From the NCBI RefSeq assembly GCF_009834535.1, contig NC_045696.1, forward strand, positions 36,210,001-36,274,000: 64,000 bases of DNA, given 5' to 3'. Made by a program: the position numbers and the translations under genes. This DNA is from Camelus ferus (taxonomy: Eukaryota). This document shows positions 11,596 through 25,259 of this stretch, one piece after another (position 1 is the first letter of the stretch; every line of letters starts with the position of its first letter). The notes under the pieces were generated by a model, which was not told the DNA's origin, made no database searches, and worked only from the letters and a program-made list of their open reading frames with translations.

Positions 11596-14390
11596 CTAAG
11601 CAATGGACAAAGAGAGAGCCTCAGTAATGAGAAATATGGAAAACTATCTTATTCTTTTTCTCTCGTACTGGCAAACAACAGTATGTTGAAATAGTCAACT
11701 ATTCTTTCCCTGGAATTAACAAAACAGTAGGGCAGAATTAGGCTGTTCGTGTATTATCTCTGGCTACATGTATGTTTAAAAGCAAGTTGTATTTTCTTGC
11801 TTATTCTTGGAGAATTTTTTTCCCAATGAACAGATGCTTTGATAATTCTCTATCTTTTGGCATTTGTTTTGAAGGCATTCTTTAAAATACTGGAATTAAC
11901 AGACACATACAAATAAATATTAGGCATATTGTCTCTCTCCTGGAGCCTTTTACAAACTATGACATTAAGATTCTTTTTTTTTTTTTTTTTTTTGCTGTAT
12001 CCATACATGATTAGTAAAAGATGTTACAATTTCGTGACTGGTTTATCCATCAAAAAGCATATTTTCCCTATGATTTCACATATGTCAGGAAGGAACCACT
12101 CACAGAGACATACAAGATAGCATCTGGATGATTGCAAACATAATTAAGCCTTTTTGCATGGTAAGGAAGTCGAAAACTTTTAAATATTAGCTTAATTTCA
12201 AAAACCTTCCAAAACACTAACTGCATAAATCACTACACTAGAGTATACAGAAGGAGAGCTTAAAAGATAAAATCATGTGTTTGGGGCTATCTGAGCTCTG
12301 CCAATGCCTGTTGCTATTAAGACTGCACATATATGTAGCTACTACGGGGGAAGAAAAAACTCAAGGATGCTGGACTGAAAAATAACAATTTTTAGATACT
12401 TTAATGAGATTAAAGGCTTTTAGGATTCTTTAATGAGAATCAGCATTAAAGTTTCCAAGGGACCAGCAAAGCAAAATGATTGAAAAAAGACACAGGGAAT
12501 AGGAAAAATAATTGCATAACTATGAGTCATCTGAGTTAAGTTAAAATAAAGGTAATTTAAGTTAAAAAGTCAAGACTTCAGATAATTACTAAATAAGGCA
12601 AGAAAGAATCCTATACGCTTTCTTATTCCATATACAGTGGTCATAGTAACAGAGGTGCCTTTTGCAATAGGGCACAAATCTACCTCAAGTGGGACAAAGA
12701 AAAAGTGATAGAATAAACTTTTAAGTCTGCAGAATTCCAAGAAAATATTATAAAGAGATAAAGTGCAGTAAACTATGTTGGACAGATAACAATGTAGTAG
12801 GAATTTACTGAACTCAGATTATATTAAAAAGAACCATTTTGCTTGGAATAGGGACTTCTCTTTCATAATCATCACATTTTGCTGTGGTGAAGAATGTATT
12901 ATCTTGCTAAAATCCAAATCTGTGTATGCTCTGGATCTTCCAGAAGTTGATCCTATTATGGAGATAATTTCCTTCTTTTTGTAAACTCATGCTAAACCAG
13001 TAATTCAAAGAGTTGTGTTCTGCATACTTCCTGCCTGGAATACATCAGCATATTGATTCATTACATTGGGGAACAATTCATTCTTTTTCAGAAGTATTGT
13101 AGAGTGAAATAAAGTGAATTTGTTATCTTTGGGGTAGGGTAAGTATTTGATCATGGGAAATAGAGCTGACAGAATTTGCAAAAAAAGAAAAAAAAAACAA
13201 GCTTCAGCTGTTTTTTGTGTTGGTTACACAGGTAGCAGCTTATAAAAATTCATCAAGCTGTACATGTAAGATACATGTACATTTCTGTGTATATATGATA
13301 CTTCAATAACAAGTTTAAACTAAATAAATAATAGGCAAATAAATAAACACCAAAAAAAAAAATTTGGCTAATTTGACCCAATAAGAGTCCAGGGTTTTGT
13401 GAAATGTCAGTGAGAACTGAATACCCTGAAAAGTGCCTGAAGTTATGCAGTAATTAATTCTTCTCTCTCGTTCTCATTATTCTCATAGCAAGGAAAGGCT
13501 ATCTCCAATCTATATCACTAGAAGATATTATTTGCTTTGAGATATTAAAGGGGAAAACCAGGGTTTGGAGGAAATGGAAGTAATGAAAGAGAACGATTAT
13601 AACAGTGAATAAATTTCAGTGTTCCTTAAAGATAAGATTTCTATGAATTGAGTTGAATTATTTAATGAATAATCACTCATATATCTAATGAATTACATTC
13701 TAAATATGTGTGCTTATCTAATTAAAATATTTTAAAATTTGGACTCTATAATCAGTATCAAATATGTTTCCTTTCCATTATTCCAACAAAATTCCAATCT
13801 CTTTTTTCTATTTCTACCAATGTATGGCTCTAAGAAATTTTGATAATTAAAGTCACAGCTCAAAAACAGAAGCACCTACTCCCTTCCTAAAGCCAATCTA
13901 ACTACAGGAATGGCAGATAAAGTATTCAGATAGTCAACTAAAATCATGTGATGCATTTCTTTAAAATACCACTTAAGCAGTCTTACATAGTTTCTTAATA
14001 ATTATGAATGTAGCTATATTCTAAAAGCAATATTTTTAGCACTTCTCATTGCTTAGTTTTTATATGTATAAAGAAAACTGAAATTTTCACAAATATATTA
14101 AATCTACTTTCCAGCTTCTTAGTAAATGTATATTCACTAGAAAAGGAATAATTATGGATTAAGGTAAAATGATCCTTGGAGAAGATCAGCCTAGAATGAC
14201 CCAAAATGATGCAAGCATGAAAATCACATGTGTGAAGGAAAAAAAATGAACTTCAGGATATCTCAAATCATTTGATTGACAATATACCTAAATTATCTGA
14301 TAATAAAATTTCACACATTTCAAACCTTTTCAGTCACTTTTCTTCTGACCTGCTTACCTCTAGAAATTATCATTGACATTGGTACCTCAC

Positions 14391-14506
14391 CTGGTGATAT
14401 CCGGCAAACGAAATTTTAAATACAAAACAACCCCTACAAACTGCTCTGCCAAGTAGAGCAATTCATAATTTTTGTCAAGGTTCAAAGGAAGGCACACTGG
14501 AACAGC
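14391..14506 (-). CDS. PROS1: Protein S exon 9 (start of SHBG-like region)
   Basis: AVPVCLPLNLDKNYELLYLAEQFVGVVLYLKFRLPDITR; CAG/GTGAGG. Confidence 0.96.
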
Positions 14507-16088
14507 CTGGCAAAAAGGAAACAAAACAAACCAAAAGCATAGGTTACTGCTTGATGTTTGTGTCAGGCTGTCATCCTTTCTCTGGTTCCTAGTGTTCTAG
14601 TCAAATGTATCCTCTGTGATGTACTAAAATGAATTAAGAACACCCTTGGTAATAATACAGCAATGTCCAACTTCCGTGTATAGTCCATCAGTTTAACATC
14701 CAAGAATATGTATGTTTTAAAGTCTTATTAAGCCAATTTTTTTTTTTCTGAGCAAACATGTGCTATCTAGATAGCAAAGGAAATGGTGGAAAATCTAAAC
14801 GGGATAAATGCAAATTAAGATATCATCTTAATCTCTAAGAAATTCACACACAAAAAAGTGATTTAGAGTCATTAAACCTATCAAACATCTTTTTTCCTAA
14901 GAGTGAAAACAAACATTAAAATGAAAAGCTTTTTAAGGGATAAGTTCTTAATCATACATATGGAGATATCCTGGGGGGAACTGTGTAAACAGCAGTCTAT
15001 TAAATCTAGGTCCAGAAATAACATCTCATTTCCTCTTAGAACTTCAATTAATCTATTCCAAGGTAGCTTGTGATGTGTAACTGCAACAATTACTGAAATA
15101 ATAGGAAACTAAATTACAAAATAGACACAGTACATTTCAATGACATACACCGAAGTTACTAGTATGTCAGCTAGCTTACTTTATCTTCCTTTACCAAGCA
15201 GGTGGCATAATATGAAATGTTACTTTTTTTTGGACATAAGCAGCTTTCTCTTGTATATATATATACATACACACACACACACACACATATATATAAACCC
15301 ACGATTAAATCATTATTTAGTTTATGGGTATTTTTACTATCTGCCTCATAATCATATAAAATTTCACCTTCACTTTTAAAATTTATAAGAGATTCAAGAA
15401 TTGGACTAGTGATCACTACATGTAATCCTTTTTTAGAGGAAAAAAAAAAAACTTCAGTGTTGACCTATTTATTTCAATAGAAGAAAAACTAATAGAGCCT
15501 ACCCTCAAGGTTCAATTGCTGGCTCAATTATGAATTAAATCTGAGTAACTAAAAGCAAGTTTGAGAGACATATATTAACAAAATTGACCTCTCTGAATTT
15601 TGATATACTTGAACTCCACTAAGTCCTACTCTGACAAAGTCGTTTCCACCTGAGATTTTACGAGCACTCTTATAAGTACTAACACACCCAAGGCGTGATC
15701 AAACTTGTCAGTGGGATAAAGAAAAGTAGATGCTGGCAAATGTTTTCACTAAAGTTTCTGTGAAAGATTGTTTTCTCACAAAGAAGAGTATAAACCTCAG
15801 CTTTTCTCAGTTTCTTAAATAAACATACACTTTGCCTTTTGTAAATGTCCAGGCTATCTATACAAATGAGCAGTCTCTGAACTGTGGCTCTGCAGCATTT
15901 TTTTTTTTTTAATTCAGTCACCAATTACCCACAATATTTACCACTTACTGACCAAAATTAGTAAACAGATTGTGACTCATAACCTGCTTAGAATGACAGC
16001 AATTATAATAGAACATCTGTATTTTCCTGATTTGTCTCATTGCTCATATTTAAAATGAGACAGGAAGGTTAGCATTGCAAAACATTAC

Positions 16089-16210
16089 CTCACAACTCTT
16101 CTGATCTTGGGCAAGTTTGAATCCTTTCTTCCCATCACAATAACAAGAGTAACCTCCAGGGTAATTGACACAAAGTTGAGTACACATGTTCTCAGAGCAT
16201 TCATCCACAT
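16089..16210 (-). CDS. PROS1: Protein S exon 8 (EGF4)
   Basis: DVDECSENMCTQLCVNYPGGYSCYCDGKKGFKLAQDQKSCE; AAG acceptor, GTAATG donor. Confidence 0.97.
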
Positions 16211-18341
16211 CTTGGGTAAAAGAGAACATAAATTTCAATATCTCCTTAATGTTCAAGCCAATAGAAGAAGGAGTATTCTGATTTTAGTATGAGATAATCA
16301 ACAATAAATCCTCAACAAAAGAAATTTCTTTGACATCAAATAACATTTATACACTTGCCAAGGAAATTTAAATAAGTTACAAGTGTAATTTCTATTTATT
16401 TATACACCTGAACCAACAAACTTGATGGATAACTTTCAGTAATTAATAATTAACAAAAATATAACAATTATACTAACTTTCTGATTTTGAAGGAAAAAAG
16501 ACTAAGAGTCTCAAGGTAACTGTCACTTCTGATAAATGCCACTGACACTACTTCTTAATTCTTTGCTTTGAAGAAAAGAAAAGGAAAGGAAGGGAAAGGT
16601 GGGAGGAAAGGAGGAGAAGGCAGGGAGTGGAGAATAGGAAGACAGCAAAGGAATCAGAAAAGATCTCTTTTAACTGAAGGTTAATGTAACTAAGAATTAA
16701 ATGACCATATCAAGAACATTTCACTCTCCATAATGCAATGATTAATGCTGGAAATAAATCTAAGGACATATTTTTGTTTCTTAACTGATTAAAAAAAAAT
16801 CACCTCACTGTGCTATTACTTATTGTGAAATCTTCCATATGGTCTCTATCCACACTCCATATTTTAAGAATATCATTCTTGAAAAGTTTAGCTTCAGCTA
16901 AAGTATACTTCAGAGCTACATAAGATCCTTGACCTTTTCAGTGAACACACCCTGTGATCTCTGAAAATTTATACTCATTAGTACATTAAAGCATAAGTTT
17001 CCCCATAAAATGGCTTAGAATAGAACCCCAAAATTAGTGAGCCCTCAATACCATTAAAATTGAGTAGTATAATTAAAGTAATAAAATATATATATATGTT
17101 ATGTTCAAATCTTTTTTAAAATGTCTGTCATCCATTGAATACAACTACAATACTGATGACGAAGCCGGTTAATAATAAATCTGCAAGTGCTTAGGGCTTC
17201 TACACCTACTTCCATCTGGAACGGTGACAGAGCAGAAAGGGTGTGAGGGTGGGGGATATTTTTCAGTGAGGGCATGAGGTTGTAAGACACCAAAATCTCA
17301 AAAGGAGTATAAATAGTTGAAAAAACCTATTCTAAGATTATTATTGACTTAGGCCAATTCCTAGAGACAGAAGGAGGTTATCAGGGGTTGGGAAACAGAG
17401 GAAGGGGAATTTATTGCTTAATGGTTACAGAGTTTTGTTTGGAAAAATTTTGGAACAGATAGTGGTAACAGCTTGCATAACTGTGTGAATGTAATTAATG
17501 CCACTGAATTGTACTCTTAAAAGTGGCTAAAGGACACATATCTTATATATATTTTGCCACAACAGAAAAATTACTAGTGATTTGATTAGTTTTAGTCATG
17601 GTATTAAGTTCATTTTGAAATTTTTAAAAATTTAAAGGAGAACGTGAGAAAATTTGTATATATGTCCATGATAAAAAAAAAATTCCTTGAACACGTCCCA
17701 GCTACCTGAGGCACACACATGAAGTAATTATAAGCTCCAAGGGGCTCTCCCAAGTCCGCAGGCACTAACAGTACTAATCAGCATTTCTCAAGGTTTTAGA
17801 GCTTGGTTATCATTTGGTTACGATGAGATTTTACTTTACATGCATTTAATTATAACAGAAATAGGTCATGTCCTGTTTTACAATAAATGACACACTGGTA
17901 TATGTACAGAAAACCATTGAAAAGCTTGGTGTAAAACCAAAGGTTTCTAACCACACTTGTAATGACCACATGATTTTTAAACTTGTCTTTTGTGTGTGTG
18001 CGTGTGTGTGTGTTTCCTTCCAGCTTGAAGTCCTTCTTATCTTTGACTATTACTTAAATGATGTGAAAATGTGTTTAAATTGCTTTCATCATACATGGGA
18101 GGTCTCCAATTCATACACAGCTTAGAGGGCCAATCGAATCACACAACTCTAAACCTAAAGACCACAATATACTTTTCTGGAAGGAAGCCAATCATTACCC
18201 AACTGATCAAATTATATCGTGGGTTTTACCACCTTAGAAGACCTGACTATTGATGTCAAACAGAACCGATGCTTCTAAAATCAAGTCAGGGTGCAAACCC
18301 ACCCTCTCTCTCCACCACCAATGATACCACCAGAACTCTAC

Positions 18342-18467
18342 CTTGACACGACTTTGATGTGGGATCGTATCTGTAGCCTTCAGGACATTCACATTCAAAG
18401 CCTCCTGGGATGTTCTTGCACACAGCGGTGCCACAAATGCCTGGCTTCACAGAGCATTCATCTATAT
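18342..18467 (-). CDS. PROS1: Protein S exon 7 (EGF3)
   Basis: DIDECSVKPGICGTAVCKNIPGGFECECPEGYRYDPTSKSCQ; CAG/GTAGAG. Confidence 0.97.
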
Positions 18468-20419
18468 CTGTAAATGAAACCAATATATTACAAGACATTT
18501 TTCCCATAGCAGAAGATGCTAGCAAAGAGCCCTTAATTTGTATTTCCTGGATCTAGTTTAATGTAGTTAATGAGACAACAGAGTGGCGTGGGTATTAGAA
18601 AATATTAAATCCATCATCATATTTTAGTTCACTAAATATGGCTTCTTTATACAAATGCATAGGGAATTCGACTGGTGTTTGCCATTTCCTTTAATAGTCT
18701 TGTAAAAGAAAAAGAGGGCTTTAGTTATTTTCTTATCTACCAGGTTACAGTATGAAAATAAAGGGAAGAAGAAACTCACCATAGTCTTAATATGCATTCC
18801 TAAATAGATGTTTCTGAAATATGGTCTTAAAAGCATGTTTACTCAGTTATTATCACAAATATAAAAAATAAAAAGGAGATGGCTCATCAGTCTTACATTT
18901 TTCCTTTGGAAATAAGCAATAGTTAAATCTGCATACTATTAGTGTTGCTTAAAGCATTCAAAAGTGATTTGAATTTAAAATGGGATTGAGTAAAGTCTTA
19001 AAGTATTTATAAAGCTGCTGTTAATCCAGAATAACTTTAGTGCTAAAGTAATACTCCAGAAATTTCAGATGTCTTTACTATATTATATTTGTAGAGTAGG
19101 AGACAAAGTATTGATTGCAGCTAGTTACTGAATAAGTACCTGTGAGAAAAACAAAATATGTGACACAGAGTAGTCACAACAATTCAACAGAGATGTAATT
19201 ATTAGTGAATTTTTCTCATCTGTACTCTGTGAAGAAAGACAAGCTCAGAATGAAAAAAAAAACCCTCTACTCTAAAAAGTTGATAGTTTAATTTTTCCAT
19301 AGACTAAGCCAAATTTTCAGATATTTCTCTATTTACAATAACATGCCTCCCCCCTCAGAAAAGAATCAATCCCTTACAGTAAGAGAATTTCTCTGTATCT
19401 TGACTGTATCAGTGTCAATATGCTGGATGTTAGAATGTACTACAGTTTCATGAGGATGTTACTGTTGGGGGAATTGGGTAAATAGTACATGGAATCTCTT
19501 TTTATTATTTTTTACAACTGCATGTAAATCTGCAATTACTTCAAATTAAAACACTTAATTTTTTAAAAGAGCTATAAAATTCACGTTTTTAACAGAAAGT
19601 AAAAACATATGACTAAACTTACTTGCTTTGAGACATATCATGAGGAATTATTTAAATCATATGAGTTTAGGTTATAGCACATGAATTTTATGACTCTACT
19701 GACATCTAATGTCTGATGAGAAGCTGCATTCTCGCATTTTTAGACATTTGCTAGCAACTTAATCCCAAGTATATCCATATCCTAGGAAAGGCCCTATTGT
19801 AACATTTGTATCCATATTCTTCTGATAGTTCTGCACTTAGGTATTCTAGTTTATCCAGGATATGTATGTAAACGAAGCACACAAGAACATAAGTTCTGAT
19901 CATCGGGGACACTCTTATCGAAAAGAGAACTTTTTATTAATGTGTATTATGTCAGTGGATAAGGATTAAATATCTTTCAATTAAAAATATAAGTCACAAA
20001 TTCTTTAGAAGTACAGACTAATTAAGTATTTAAATGTAGAAGTATGAATGGGTACTATTTGCTAATGGAAAGCATATGGTATCCTGCGTGATGATGGTTT
20101 TCTATGATACTCTAACGATACTGATATTCTAAACACCTAACCTCAAACAGCCCTTCAAATAGGCAGGCAAGAAAGATACATAATCACAAATTGGATAATT
20201 GTTTAGAAGAAATTGTTAGTTAATGCAGTCCACTTTAGAGTCATTTAATTGCACTTTAAATAATATTATAGTAAACTATGCTTAACACTGCAGTGCAGTG
20301 GGGCACAAACCATTCCTTGAATCTGAATTCAATTTAAGGATTTACCAAAGAAGATACAAACAGAGATGAACAAGAAAACTTTACATTCTAACTTACTAAA
20401 TTTTTCTACCTCTTTGCAA

Positions 20420-20545
20420 GAAGAGGAGGAATAGGGAGGAGGGGAAGAAAGAAAGAAACAGAAGAGGGGAAGGGAGAGAGAGAAGGAGGGAGGAAGGAAG
20501 GAAAGAAAGGGGGAAAGGAAGTAAGAAGGAAAGAAAAGAAGAAAA
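20420..20545. repeat. Purine-rich low-complexity tract
   Basis: (GGAA/GA)-rich. Confidence 0.8.
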
Positions 20546-21398
20546 ACTTGCTCCTAATTTGTAAAGGCAAAATTTAACTCCAGGCTGGAAAATTTCATTT
20601 TTAGTCACTCACACGCCTAGCACTTATATTTGAAGATTTAGTAATTCTTTAGAAGTTAAAATGGGGGTGGGGGAGTAGAGAAGTATTAAAAAAAAAAAAA
20701 AGGAAATATGCTAGTAAAATGACTTGTTAAAAAGCTAAACTGACAGGAATTATTTAAATCTGAAATTAAAAAAAAAAGTTATGACCAGTGATATGATCTA
20801 AAATGCATAAAGAGAAAGAAAACCAGGTCTTCATCTTTTATAAAACCACAACAGGAAATGAGCTGCAAGATGAAGGGTTGATATTGGAAATGAGAAAGGT
20901 ATTTCTGACAAGGAAATATAAAATGTAACAGAAGAAGTTAAGGACTGTGATGGATTTCTTTATAAGCTATTTATCTTATTGGAATAAAAGAAATAAGGTT
21001 ATAGTGTCTGAAAGAAGGATAAACAATGACTTTGCAAAGACTGTAGTATGCAAGGACTTGCACTGAAACTTCACTTTATCACCATATAATGAAATTATTC
21101 ATTAAAATGCATGCATGTGCATGTACACACATACACACACAATAAGAAAACAACAAAATACTCTATAAATAGTAATTATATAATAGGAAAACAATAAAAT
21201 ACTCTATAAAGACCCTATAAACAATAAACAAAAAAGCAGTCTCTTAGTATCACAAGGCTTCAAGGTGAATAATAATGTGTTATTTATTATAAGCGCTTAT
21301 AATCCAAGAGTTTTCCAAGAATTTCCTGGGGAAATTTCTCTAACTGAATTTTGCTCTCACCCAGTAAATACCATTGTATTCTACCTTCTTACTCTTAC

Positions 21399-21530
21399 CT
21401 TTGCAGTCCTTTTTATTTGAAAGCATAACAAAACCACTTTTGCAGGAACAGTAGTAACTTCCAAGTGTATTATCACAAATCTGGCTGCAACCTCCATTTA
21501 CGTTTGAAGGATCTTTGCATTCATTTATAT
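21399..21530 (-). CDS. PROS1: Protein S exon 6 (EGF2)
   Basis: [53 protein letters not shown]. Confidence 0.97.
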
Positions 21531-21626
21531 CTAAAAAGGGGGAAATAAATTATCTTTAAAGTAATAAAGCTTCCAGAGAACTTTTCAGGAGGCCAGTCCA
21601 GATGAGCCTGGGTGTATCATACGTAC

Positions 21627-21749
21627 CAAATTCACACTTCTCTCCTTGCCAACCTGATTTACAAATGCAAGTGAATGCAGCTTGGCCATCTTTGCAGATC
21701 AAATATCCATCTTCATTGCATGGCAGAGGATTACACTGATCTGGAATGG
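21627..21749 (-). CDS. PROS1: Protein S exon 5 (EGF1)
   Basis: AIPDQCNPLPCNEDGYLICKDGQAAFTCICKSGWQGEKCEF; CAG/GTACGT. Confidence 0.97.
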
Positions 21750-21812
21750 CTGAAGGAAATACACATCTATTTAATTTTTACCACACGCCATGGTGAACAG
21801 AATTATATGCCC

Positions 21813-22088
21813 AGGGGGAGCGGGGTGAGAAGGGAAAAACTGGGAGTTTTGAGATTTGCAGATACTAACTGGTATATATAAAATAGATACACAAGTTTAT
21901 ACTGTATAGCACAGGGAAATATATTCAATATCTTGTAGTACCTTACATTGAAAAGAATATGAAAATGAATACACGTATATTCACGTATGACTGAAGAATT
22001 GTGCTATACTCCAGAATTTGACACAACATTGTAAACTGACTATACCTCAATAAAAAAAATTTTTAATCTTAAAAATTAAAAAAAAAAA
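21813..22088 (+). mobile_element. Young 5'-truncated L1 3' end
   Basis: 14-bp TSD AGAATTATATGCCC (21799-21812, 22089-22102), AATAAA, polyA. Confidence 0.88.
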
Positions 22089-23559
22089 AGAATTATATGC
22101 CCTTAATTGAAATCCTGCACACAAAGCTCACAATCAATGGGGGAAAAAAATTAAACTCCTTCCTTCAAATAATACCTTTTCTTTAAAAAAAAAAAAAAAG
22201 TGAATCCATCAGACAAGTCTTTATAATTATTTTCCAGAAGGGAACTACTTTTATATTTGCAAATACATAGCATTTTTTAACTGCAATTTGACATTCATAT
22301 ATACTACTTTGATCATTAAAACAATTCCATGAGTTAAGCAGAAAAAATAAAACTACTCAGTGTTAATAGAAAAATTTGAGACTTCCAATTTGGGCTAACA
22401 TAGAATAACAGGGACCGGATTTATTCTCCTGCCTCAAATAAATAGAGCTCTGCTCATATGGTTTTCAGACATTGGGCAACAGATAGCAGGATACTGTGAT
22501 TCCTGGGGGAAGGACATTTTCTTCAAAAAATGTCACATTGCTTTATCACTGTCTTAAATGATACGCCCATTTGTTTCTTGACTTATTTGTGGTCTCTCTC
22601 CCCTCACTAGACACTGCACTGGTCCCTGGTTCCTGCGCATTTTCACACCTGTCTAACCTGCCTGGTCAACTCTACAAGTTCTTTCCATCCTCCCAATACA
22701 TTCTTCTTTGCGTAAGTAAGCCAGAGGAAGTTTCTATTACTTGCAAAAAGAATTTTTTTAAAACCTAGCTGAAGCCTAATTACTGAATTTTTCAAAAAAT
22801 GTCCTCACAAAATTAAGTTTTTTGAAAAGTAGTAATACACTCAGTATTAGTTGAAATGACAGAAAACAGGCCAATCAGGAAAATATCAAACTATTTTTCT
22901 GGCCTTAGGGAAATTAAAAAAATTAAGTATGGATTAAATACACACATTCAGGCAAACTTTCACCTGTGTAGTTACACTCAACTTTAAATTATAGAAAATG
23001 CAGATAAATGAATTATGCCAATGCTGCATGTAAAATACTCACTGGACAAACATCTCAGTTTACAACTTGCAATTTCACTTTTTTTTCTCTGATTCTCAGT
23101 CGGGAAATTGATAAACTAGAGACAAACAACCTACCAGAATTAGCACTAGCCCTTATGTGAACTTCAGAGGGAAAAGGCTAATTTGACATCACAGTGTTTT
23201 CCACATTTATATCATTGATGCCAAAAGTCAGAATAAATGTGGCTCCACTTTCACCTGTTCGTCAACTGGAACATTTGGCCATAACTACATGATCAAGCGA
23301 CAACAGCCAAAATAAAGCTGTTGGGAATAAAATTCTGAAGCCAGTGACCTAAAAGTTCAGCAAACAAGGAACACTGTTCAACTTAAATGTTAGGTGGCAG
23401 ATTCATCTAAAAAAAAAAAAAAGCACCTCCTTGAGGGGCCTGTAGCCCTTCAAGGGCTCATTCCTTGATTTTTAAACATTAGTTTTATCTACATGGGTGT
23501 ACTTTACTTGCAGATTTTTGTTTTGTTTTGTTGTTTAAGTTGATGGTAGAGGTGTTTAC

Positions 23560-23646
23560 CATTGACACAGCTCCTTAGGTCAGGGTAGGCATTAGTTGAG
23601 AGAGGTACAGCGGTGAATAATCCAGCACGAAAAGAGCCAAGGCAAC
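23560..23646 (-). CDS. PROS1: Protein S exon 4 (thrombin-sensitive region)
   Basis: GCLGSFRAGLFTAVPLSTNAYPDLRSCVN; CAG/GTAAAC. Confidence 0.97.
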
Positions 23647-23789
23647 CTGTAAATACAAACAAATATAGTCTTCTTAGAGTAGACGTACTTATTGATCTGA
23701 AATCATGGCACAAATTATCCAAAGAGGCAGCCATTTTTGGAAAATGCAGTTTATCACAGATGGGTTCAAAGGCTCCTTTGAAGTTAGTG

Positions 23790-24241
23790 TGGTCATTAGT
23801 TTCCTATTGCTGCTGCGACAAATTGCCCCAATCTTAGTGGTTTAAAACAACGTAGATTTATTCTCTTACAGGTATAGGGATCAAAAGTCTAAAATTAAGG
23901 TGCTGGCAGGACTGCATTCCTTCTAGAGACTTCGTGGGAGAATTATTTCCTTGACTTTTTCGGCTGCTTGAGGCCAGCTACTGCATTCCTTGGCTCAGGG
24001 CCCTATCCTCGCATCACTCCCAACTCTTGCTTCATTGTCATTTAAACTACTACGGACTCTGATCTCCTGCCTCTCTTTTATAAGGGCATTTAAGGATCTG
24101 ATGGGCCCACCCAGATAATCTAAGATAGTGTTCTCATCTCAAAACCCTTAAATTAATCTTCAAAAATAACATGCAAGTTAACATGCAGAGGTTCTGAAGA
24201 TTAGAGCATGATCTTTGGGGAAGGTTATTTAGTCTAACATG
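23790..24241 (-). mobile_element. MaLR (MLT1-like) LTR
   Basis: TTAGTTTCCTATTGCTGCTG..CTTAGTGGTTTAAAACAAC is the reverse complement of an MLT1 3' end. Confidence 0.75.
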
Positions 24242-25259
24242 GTGAGTTAGAATAATTTCCCATAGAAACAATACTTTCTATCACGGCAGTCTTTCTGGAG
24301 GCCCAGAGAAACCTAAGCAGCCTTAGGTCTTGAGTATTCTTTCCCTGAATTCTTTTGTCCCTCTTCCTGAATCACCCACTCCCAGAATTAGCTTACTCTA
24401 GTGTGAACATTTCATTAGAATCCTCATTTGTAAGAAAACCTCACTTTGTACCTCTGGACAAATCTGACGGCCAAATTTTAAAAGCCCTTAAGCTGGAGAT
24501 CCAGGTGAAATGCTCCCTGTGGTAATTAGAACCCCAGGCCAGACTACAAAGTAGGTTCAACCTTTAAAGCACAGTATGGCCTGGTCTATACTAATATATG
24601 TGATAATGTTTTTTTGGAAACCTGCATTTAGCATTACAGTGTGGAGAGCCAGCAGCATGGCCTTCCCACTTCTCTTTCTTGATGCACATCAGGAATGGAT
24701 GAAGCTGGAGAGAATAAGCAGGAAGGGGAGAGCTGGAGAGAGACTGTTCCCGTTGTGGCCTGAAGCAGAAGCTCTCCTAAGAAATGGAATTAGAAATAGA
24801 AATTGGGGCCATCAGGGAGGAAAGCCAAGGAAAAGGCACTTTCAGGAGAGGATCCACTGGGCCAGGCAGAACATCCTAGAAAGAAATCTTGATTCTAGAC
24901 TATGACTGTTCCTATACACACCCTTTATTTACTATTTTTCCCATTAGCCATATTAATGACCCGACTATCTGATTTATCACATGCTGTAGGGACCACTGTC
25001 CTATCTGCCTCGATTCGTCAACTCTAAAAAATAGTTCAAAAATAGTGCCACATAAACAACAAAGGTTGCATTGGGATTACAGTGGGGTCAGTTGAGTGAA
25101 TTTTCCTTTCCTTCAAGAAACCATTTTAGATCCTCTCTGTCTATAAGTCACAAAAGAGCCATCACATAAAAGTCTGAAAGTTTGCTTGTTCTGACCTCTT
25201 GAATGGAAGGCTGAGTTAGTCATACTCCTCCTTTGGTGGTACATTATTATTATTGGTCT

